Of a stretch of 64,000 bases of DNA, positions 56,292 to 64,000 are shown in pieces; positions within the stretch are counted from its first letter, which is position 1, and every line of letters starts with the position of its first letter. Source of the DNA: the human T2T-CHM13v2.0 reference genome, Homo sapiens; the NCBI RefSeq assembly GCF_009914755.1, contig NC_060925.1. One strand, written 5' to 3'. Under the pieces are notes generated by a model. That model did not search any database and was not told where the DNA came from. It saw only the letters and a program-made list of their open reading frames with translations. The translations under genes and the position numbers were made by a program.

Positions 56292-58899
56292 ATCTGAAAG
56301 AAAGAAAAAGAAAACTAGGAAATTCCCTAATGGGTGCTATTTCTGGAAGGGCTATTAATTTATTTTCTAGCTTCTTGGATTTTCTTCATGGGGTATAGAC
56401 CCTTTGAAGACTTTCTTTCTCAGAGGTGGGTAACCTCTTGGAGTATAATCATTGCAGCCCTCAGAGACAAGCAGGGGCAACTGGTTTAGACTGTATAGAA
56501 TTTGTTTGGTCAAGTAAAGGATGCTGGCTCTGTTTATATGTGAGTTATTCCACCCATTTGGACCCCTGTAATCCCTTTGCTTACTTTGATTACTTTGATT
56601 AGTTTTTTGTTTTTTGTTTTTTTTTTAACTAGCTTCTAGCATAGTGTGCATTGCAAGGCAACTGAGAGCTGAAGGTAGAGTGACTAACGGCAGGGCTAAT
56701 GTAGGTTAGCACTAGGTTAGATCCAGCTGTTGATCTAAGTCTGAGAGAGCTGGAAGTATGATCCTAGGAACCATTCTATTCCTTCCCACCTTAATTTTTT
56801 TTTTTTTTTCTTTTTGGAACTCAGGTACACAGACTTGGATTTATCATGGTCTTTGGATCATGATACCCTCTCATCACTGGTCTGGGCATGGCCCATTTTT
56901 GGCTTGTTTATATGTTTATGTTATAAATATCTGTGCCTGCCCTGCCACTCCCCCAACACAAAAAATAGAACATAGTCACTAACTGACCCGTCCCTAGATG
57001 TTCTATCTCTATCCTGTCCCTCTGTTTCCCCTCACCTGAGGCAACCATGTCCTGATGCTTATCTTCATCTTCCTACTTTACTTTGCAAGATGTTGGTTTT
57101 CTCATCTTTAAGGCGGGAAAGGGCAAAGGGACTGTCATCTCATCTTTTAAAGCTCCACCTTTATGGCTTTAATGCTGGCTTCATTTTCTCTGGCAATCCT
57201 CAGAAATTGTGCCACGCAAATATTTTACATCTCTAAAGAGGAGAAAAAAACCTAGGCAAGTCAATGTTGTGAGAGATACACACACAAAAACAGAGATTTC
57301 AGTTCATGTTGAAGATAGCTCATTGTGAGGTATCTTGCAGCCAAGGAATCTACAAGGTGCTAAGGCCATGAAGATGTGCTATATCAAAAAACGTTTTTCC
57401 TCTGCTAGCCAAATAGATTTATTATAAATATTGAGGCCTTTCCCCTTCCTTGGTCATTTCTCTACTTTAACATTAAAAGAGTTGTATCATTTACACAGCT
57501 CTGCTGAAGAGAGTTCAGTCTATTTGCCCCTGGGGCAGCAATGCTGGTATGGTAAACTTCAACACAGCGTGTAATGCATGGTCTAATTTTAAATTCTTCA
57601 AAATGCCGATTTATTTGACTTTTACCAGACCAGGAAGATAAGGCAGTCATGCTCCCATGCAGCTCGACATCTCTGTATGCTTGAAATTAAACCTCAGGGA
57701 AGAGGGGAACACAGGCCTGAGCACTGGGTATGAATAAAGGAGGCTGGTGCTGACATACAAGTGAAAGGGAAGATGTAAAAGAGAAGGAGACACTTGGGAG
57801 AAAACAATCCCTTGTGGGGAGGGAGGGGAGATGAATGTCATTAATAGCAATTTGCATCGCTATTGATTTAATGTGGGAGAAACTGAACTCTCCTGTAGCT
57901 GTCCCTGACATATTTGGGTGAGATTCTAGTGACCTCCAGTGGAGGTTCTCTAGAATTACCCTCATTGCCCCGGGACACTAAGACGTTAATTTCTGCACTT
58001 AACAAACCTGTCTCCCCTTACACATATTTTGTGCTCCCTTTACTATTTGAATTGAAAATAGCTTCTCAATGCATATAATTTTCAAATAATCTATAAAAAT
58101 TCTAATTGTAATACAAAAGTTCAAAGTAATTTTTAAATAAAATAAATCAAATAAAAATAATGAATAAATATATACATAAAATAAAAGAAAATCTATATTC
58201 GAAGATATAAATGTTCACATCTGGGTGTTCTAGAAGACATAATTACTTGGAAACTTGCATCTAGTCCTAGACTCATCAAAAACCCAGAAATCCAGTAGGT
58301 GGAAATGTACTATATTGGCCTCAAGGGCCACCAGCAGCATTGCTATAGGTTAGGTAATTTTTTAAAATAAGTTAAAAAAAAATGGTAAAATTCCAAACTA
58401 GACAAAGACAGTCTTCCCTAGGAAACTTAAGGTATATTCAAATTTTGCAAAATGCCCCCCAGGCAATTATATAGAGGCTTTTCTCCTGTTCTAGTGAAGC
58501 TTTCCAAAACTGCTGGGGATGCTGCAGCAATTCTCTGTCACGCTGGACTTGCTGGACTGTCCTCTGTATTGTAGAATATTTACCAACCCTAGTCCTGCCC
58601 CACAGATAGTGATAGGACTTCTCATCGATGGAGTGATCAAAAACTCCCATGCAAATGACCAAAGAGCCTCTGGGGAAAGAACCACCCTGTGAAGCATTGC
58701 TGCCCGGGCCTTCCTCTGACAACACAGAGGGCCCTTCTACCCTATGGGGGTATTCCCCTGGGGCTGACTCCAGGACTTGGAACTATGGGGTCTTGACCTT
58801 TTCCTCCTAATTTGGGGAATTCTTGACACTGCAGACAGGGTGTTCCTGGGGGAGCTGGGAGGGGAGAGCAAAAAAGAGGCTTCAAACTGGTGAATGGTG

Positions 58900-59100
58900 G
58901 AGTAGGTGAGGTGAGCACAGCACTTCAACCTGACCACAGCAGCACGGGAGGTGGAATGCCAGGTTCTGAAGCCAGATCTCATTACCATGAGACTCCAGGG
59001 TTGTAGCTCTGCACCAGTGGCTCTCCTGGGTGTGTTATTTATCTTAAGTTCAAAGCGGGGCATAGTTGGCCTCACACTGCTAGGATTCTGATAATTTTTC
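58900..59100 (+). mobile_element. MIR, degenerate
   Basis: gaatgccaggttctgaagccaga..ctgggtgtgttatttatctt..ctcacactgctaggatt. Confidence 0.45.
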
Positions 59101-60201
59101 CTTCAGGCTTTTGAGAGCGCAACTCTCTAATTCTTAGTTGTAAATGTTTCATGCCTAATAAAAACAAAATATACTCAACAGAGATTATTAACAACAGCAC
59201 GATGATCCGAGAATAGATTTTGTTGTTTATTTGTTTGTTTATTTTTTGGGAATAGCGCAAATGTTCTACACTCTAAGCCAACATTCTCCAAACTGTATTT
59301 GAAGGGACGCTCACTTTACTGGGGCCAGTCATAGATATTTCTCTAAAAAAGAAGTGTTCTTTATTAAACAAGATCAGAAATGCTGGCTTAAATGACTTAT
59401 ACCAGGCATAAATTTCACAAACTCCGGTGTGCAAAAATGTAACTACTTTCTAAAATGGAACAAAAACTAACTTTTCAATTTAGTCCTATTTGGTGTCTTA
59501 GGAAAAAATACTAATACCAACAATGCAAGGGAGACTCCACTACAGCAAGTGACCTCTGTCAGTCTAGGGCTGTCCCCTTCACTCTTCTACTTCCTGTGGG
59601 TGACATAAAGTTAGGGTGGGGCCTACTTCTCCAGGCTTTGGCAGGGAGAGGGTGCCAGGTCTTCAGGCTCTGCGCTCCGGACATCCACTGCCAAGGGGAT
59701 AGGTCTTGTCTGTTTTTGGCCTTAGCCTTCCACCCTGATGCCTTGGCCATAATCATCCCATCTCTTGGGGCCCTTTGGGTCTGCCAGCCCTCATTCAAAT
59801 GCTCTTCCAAGGCCTTCTCCAGTGCACAGACATTTTAGCTTCTTTCCCTACACCACAAGCAGGTGTGAGAAGCTCCAGAACATTTCTAGGCTGGAAGCTT
59901 CCCCAAGCTACATTATGGAATTGAGGTCCTGGGTCCTCTGCTTTAGAACCCCCAAAGTTATCTGGATTTCTATCATTGCATCATGTGGCCCATTCCCCAC
60001 CAGGGATGTTGGCCTGTGTGTTGATGGGCCAGAGGGCCCGTTCTCAGAAAAACTCTGTTAGTTGCTGAATCTAATATTCTTCCCGCAGGTTCAGAAAAAA
60101 CATCAGCCTCCTCTATCCCTGAAGGGATTTTTATTTCCTCAGCCTGTGGCCTAAAATTGGCTTGGCAAATAGTCTTTGACCTTCCAAACCAACTAATTAG
60201 A

Positions 60202-60410
60202 ACAATGGTTCAGACGATTTTGCCTTCCAGGGAACATGTGACAATGTTTGGAGACATTTTTTATTGTCACAGCTTGTTGGAGGGTGCTACTGGCCCCTAG
60301 TGGGTGAAGGCCAGGAGTGCTACTAAACATCCGACAATGTGCAGACCAGACCCCAGTAACAAAGAATTCTCCTGCCCAGAGCATCGATAGTGCTGAGGCT
60401 GAGAAACTCT
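60202..60410 (-). mobile_element. MER20
   Basis: gattttgccttccagggaacatgtgacaatgtttggagacatttt..gtgctactggc..aggccagg..atagtgctgaggctgagaaactctg. Confidence 0.88.
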
Positions 60411-62088
60411 GAGTTGTTCTTATTATTTTTTTTTATATCAGAGAGAAAAGGAATCAATTCATTTTCTTAAATTTCTAGCCTAATTTTATGTTCTAGTCAA
60501 TGACCATACTCCTTGCTGACTGCTGTTATTCAACAACCGTATTAACAATTTCCACTGGACCTTGGAAAACTGCAGACATAAGCAGTTCGGGTGAAGAGAC
60601 TGGGTTTTTCTAATCTTCTAGATAATGTGCACCTGGGTACTGATAAATGCCCTCCCGTCTGCTGTCTCTGCACATCCCTTCTGTAGAGGAGGATAGTGGA
60701 GGCAGGAAGGAGTAGCCTTTCTTGTCTTTGCAAAGCTCTCTGAAATTTGCAGCATCCCCACCTATGGGGAATCACTGGCTGCCTTCAAAGCAACCAGGTT
60801 TTTTGCTGAGAAGGAACTGGAGAGCGGCTGTGTTCCAAGGCTCACAGGCTCATCCTGGGCCCCTCTGAATTCAGAGCCACATCCTTCATGGTACCCTAGA
60901 GGGGCATCAATAAGCTACATGTTCCCCTCAACATGCCCAGTGGGTCCACAGATGCGTTCAACCTGTGATATGCAGAACTTGGGGGTTGACAGAAGGGTCT
61001 GGGGGCCTCACTCTTCAACCAGAGTTATAATTTCCAACTTTTGTCTTTTAGATCAAATTCAGTCTAAAGAAATAGTTCTGAAAGTATAAAGGAAGATGGA
61101 GACACACCCTATGAGAAAGGGATATGGGGTCAGTGTCTCAACGGGACACACTGCTGAGTGCTCAGGCTTCTGTCCCTTGAGCACACAGCACAGAGCAGAT
61201 GGACATGTGTGTCACTTCCCTCTCAACCACTGGAGGTGAGTTGTAAGGAACTCCAGGGAGCCCTAAGGTGATAACAGTGCAGATGGTGGAGCTGGGAGAT
61301 GCTCTAGGAACAAAGGAGGAGAACATTGCATCTACCAGAGAGTCTGCCCTATCCAACATCTATCCGCTGCCCAGTCCAGGACAAGATCTCCACCTGTAGC
61401 TAAGTTTGCTTTTTTGTCCTCCTCTCAGCAGCCCTGTGCATCTGCCATGCTGGTATCGGCTGTGGTGTGCAGAGGAAGAGAGAGGCTCCTGTCCTTGGGT
61501 ACCCTCCTGCCAGCACCTGCTGCCTCTGTGGAGGGAGGGGGAGAACCGAGCCGTGTGGCAGCCATGGCTCCTAACATGCAGAGCACACTTGTATCACCAG
61601 GAACATCTGTCACAGCCATAACACATTTAGTCTGGTTGTTTTGTTTATACAACCCAAAGCAACCAGTTGGACTAAGATCTTCACAAAAGAGTGATGGGGT
61701 AGGGCAGGGAGGCGTCAGAAAAGGCTGACATCATTTAAATAGAGAATTGGATACAGCCGTAAACAGGTGACTTCAGACTTTGATATCTTAAGCTACACTA
61801 TGAGTTGACCTATAATACTTCCAGGCACTTTCTATTATGCTGGGTGACAGTAAAAAGCAGGCAAGGAATGAGTGGGCCCTATTCTTAAACGAGATCATTC
61901 TTCATGGATGCAGAAAGTACACTGAATTAACAACAATGGGAAAAGATACAAACACTGATATTTAACACCCCCACCCCCCACCCCGCCAGGCATAAATAAA
62001 ACATGCCCCCTTCTGAACTAACATGGTCTTTTACTGAAATAGTTATAACTTTTTATGAACCATTATTATCATTATTACTATTATTATG

Positions 62089-62732
62089 CAATGGTCCTCA
62101 CCTTGCCTATAAATAATAATCAGAGGAGCTTTAAAAACAACCCGAATGATGTCAGGGCCCAGAATAATTGAATTGAAATCCCAGGGAGCAGAGCCCAGGA
62201 ATTAGAAACTTTTAAAATTTTCCCAGGAGAGTCTAATGTTCCACCTTAGGCTGAGAACCACATTTCTGGCTGTGCATGCCAGGTGACAGTGCTTCAGCAA
62301 TTTTATTGCCCAGAAAGAAAGAAAAAAAGAGATTTTTTCCTTCCTTCTTTGGTTTTGTGGCTCTAGTGCAGTGCTTCTCAAACCTGGCTGTACATTAGAG
62401 TCACCTGGGGAGCTTTAAAAACTATCACTGTCCTGGCCCCACCCCAATCCAATTAAGCCAGAATCTCTACAGGTGGGACTTGGCATCAGGATTTTTTAAA
62501 AGCCTGCTGGATGATTCTAATATGTGCCCAGGATTTCAAACCACTGCTCTAGGACAGGGGTTCTCAACCTTGGCTACATATTGGGATCTCCTGGGAAACT
62601 TAAAAAAATCCTGAGACCTGAGCCCCATCTCCAGTGATTCTGATTTAATCGGTCTAGTGGGAGATCTGAGCATTAAAAAATTGATAAAGCACTCCAGGTG
62701 GTAATAGCATGCAGTCAAGATTGAGACCAATG
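62089..62732. mobile_element. Cluster of three MER5-family MITEs (62089-62262, 62369-62546, 62555-62732)
   Basis: Each begins ca(g/a)tg/gg..tctca..c(c/t)tg..aca..(a/g)tca/tc..ggga..cttt/taaaaa and ends aacca(c)-like. Confidence 0.85.
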
Positions 62733-62998
62733 GGTCTTCAGGAGGAAGGACTGTGCTAGTTTTAAATGAAATCCATTTCTTCTTTCTGGCCCTCATAGGT
62801 ATAATTTGCTTCATGGCACTGGGGAACAAGAAATGTGATGTTGCTTTATATAATTCTGGCTCAAGCCCAGGTTGGTGGCAAGTTTGACGTCCATCTGTTG
62901 TGACTCCTTTCCACTCACCTAGAGAGTGAAGAACACCAGGGACATGTCCATTTCAGTAGGGTGATTAGAGCATTTTCCAGACACTGTTTCTGCCTACC

Positions 62999-63373
62999 TA
63001 ATATGGTATGGCTGTGGACTCACCTAAATCTCATCCTGAATTCCCACATGTTGTGGGAGGGACCCAGTGGGAGGTAATTGAATCATGGGGGCAGGTCTTT
63101 CCCATGCTGTTCTTGTGATAGTGAATAAGTCTCATGAGATCTGATGGTTCTATAAGGGGGAGTTTCTCTGCACAAGCCCTCTCTCATTGCCTGTTGCCAT
63201 CCACATAAGATGTGACTTGCTCTTCCTTGCCTTCTGCCATGATTGTGAGGCCTACCCAGCTATGTGGAACCATAAGTCAATTAACCCTCTTTTTTTTTTC
63301 TTTTTTTTTTTTTTTTTTGTAAATTACCCAGTCTCGGGAATGCTTTTATCAGAGGTGAAAACAGACTAATCCA
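62999..63373 (+). mobile_element. THE1 (A/B) 5' LTR
   Basis: atatggtatggctgtg..aaatctcatc..gggagggacccagtgggaggtaattgaatcatggggg..aaacagactaat. Confidence 0.93.
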
Positions 63374-64000
63374 GTAAATTGGTACCAGGAGTGGGCTGCT
63401 GCTGTAAAGATACCCAAAAATGTGAAAGCGACTGTGGAACTGGGTAACAGGCAGAGGTCGGAACAGTTTGGAGGGTTCAGAAAAAGGCAGGAAAATACGG
63501 GAAAGTTTGGAATTCCCTGGAGACTTGTTCAATGGCTTTGACCAAAATGCTGATAAGCTGAGGTGGCCTTAGATGGAGATGAGAAACTTGTTGGGAACTG
63601 GAGCAAAGGTGACTCTTGTAATGTTTCAGCAAAGAGACTGGTGGCATTTTGCTCCTGCCCTGGAGATTTGTGAAACTTCGAACTTGAGAGAGATGATTTA
63701 GAGTATCTGGCAGAAGAAATTTCTAAGCAGCAAAGCATTCAAGAGGTGACTTGTGTGCTGTTAAAGGTATTAAGTTTTAAAGGGAAACAGAGCATAAAAG
63801 TTTGGAAAATTAGCATCCTGACAATGTAATAGAAAAGAAAATCCCATTTTCTGAGGAGAAATTCAAGCTGGCTGCAGAAATTTGCATAAGCAATGAGGAG
63901 CCAAATGTTAATCCCCAACACAAGGGGGAAAATGTCTCCAGGGCATGTCAGAGGTCTCCACAATAGCCCCTCTCATCACAGGCCCAGAGGCCTAGGAAGA
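63374..64000 (+). mobile_element. THE1-int internal sequence, continuing past the window end
   Basis: gtaaattggtaccagg..gctgctgtaaagatacc..ggaactgggtaacaggcagagg..gcagaagaaatttctaagcagcaaagcattcaagagg. Confidence 0.93.

Overview
Primate (hominoid, probably human) euchromatic non-coding DNA that is intergenic or deep-intronic. No host protein-coding exon, RNA gene, CpG island or processed pseudogene is recognisable. The only ORFs with real protein homology are broken LINE-1 ORF1/ORF2 fragments; the other ORF-track entries look like chance or repeat-derived ORFs. Bases 1-6923 hold a near full-length minus-strand L1 (L1PA5-like) with a younger 5'-truncated L1PA2-like element nested in its ORF2. 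The rest is a layered mosaic of Alu, old L1M, L2, MIR, ERVL/MaLR LTRs with internal remnants, and hAT/Tc2/mariner fossils, ending in a THE1 LTR plus internal sequence. The most unusual observations are: (1) a locally templated ~90-bp insertion with a fold-back junction inside a MER94-like element; (2) an identical non-consensus +1 A shared by the host and nested L1; (3) a head-to-head fusion of two Alu 3' ends; (4) a retained L1 antisense ORF0 and splice donors facing into the window; (5) an 87-nt hairpin outside any repeat I recognise. I see no evidence for a new multi-gene system. Repeat family names are from recalled consensus sequences, not from a search, and boundaries of old repeats are approximate.
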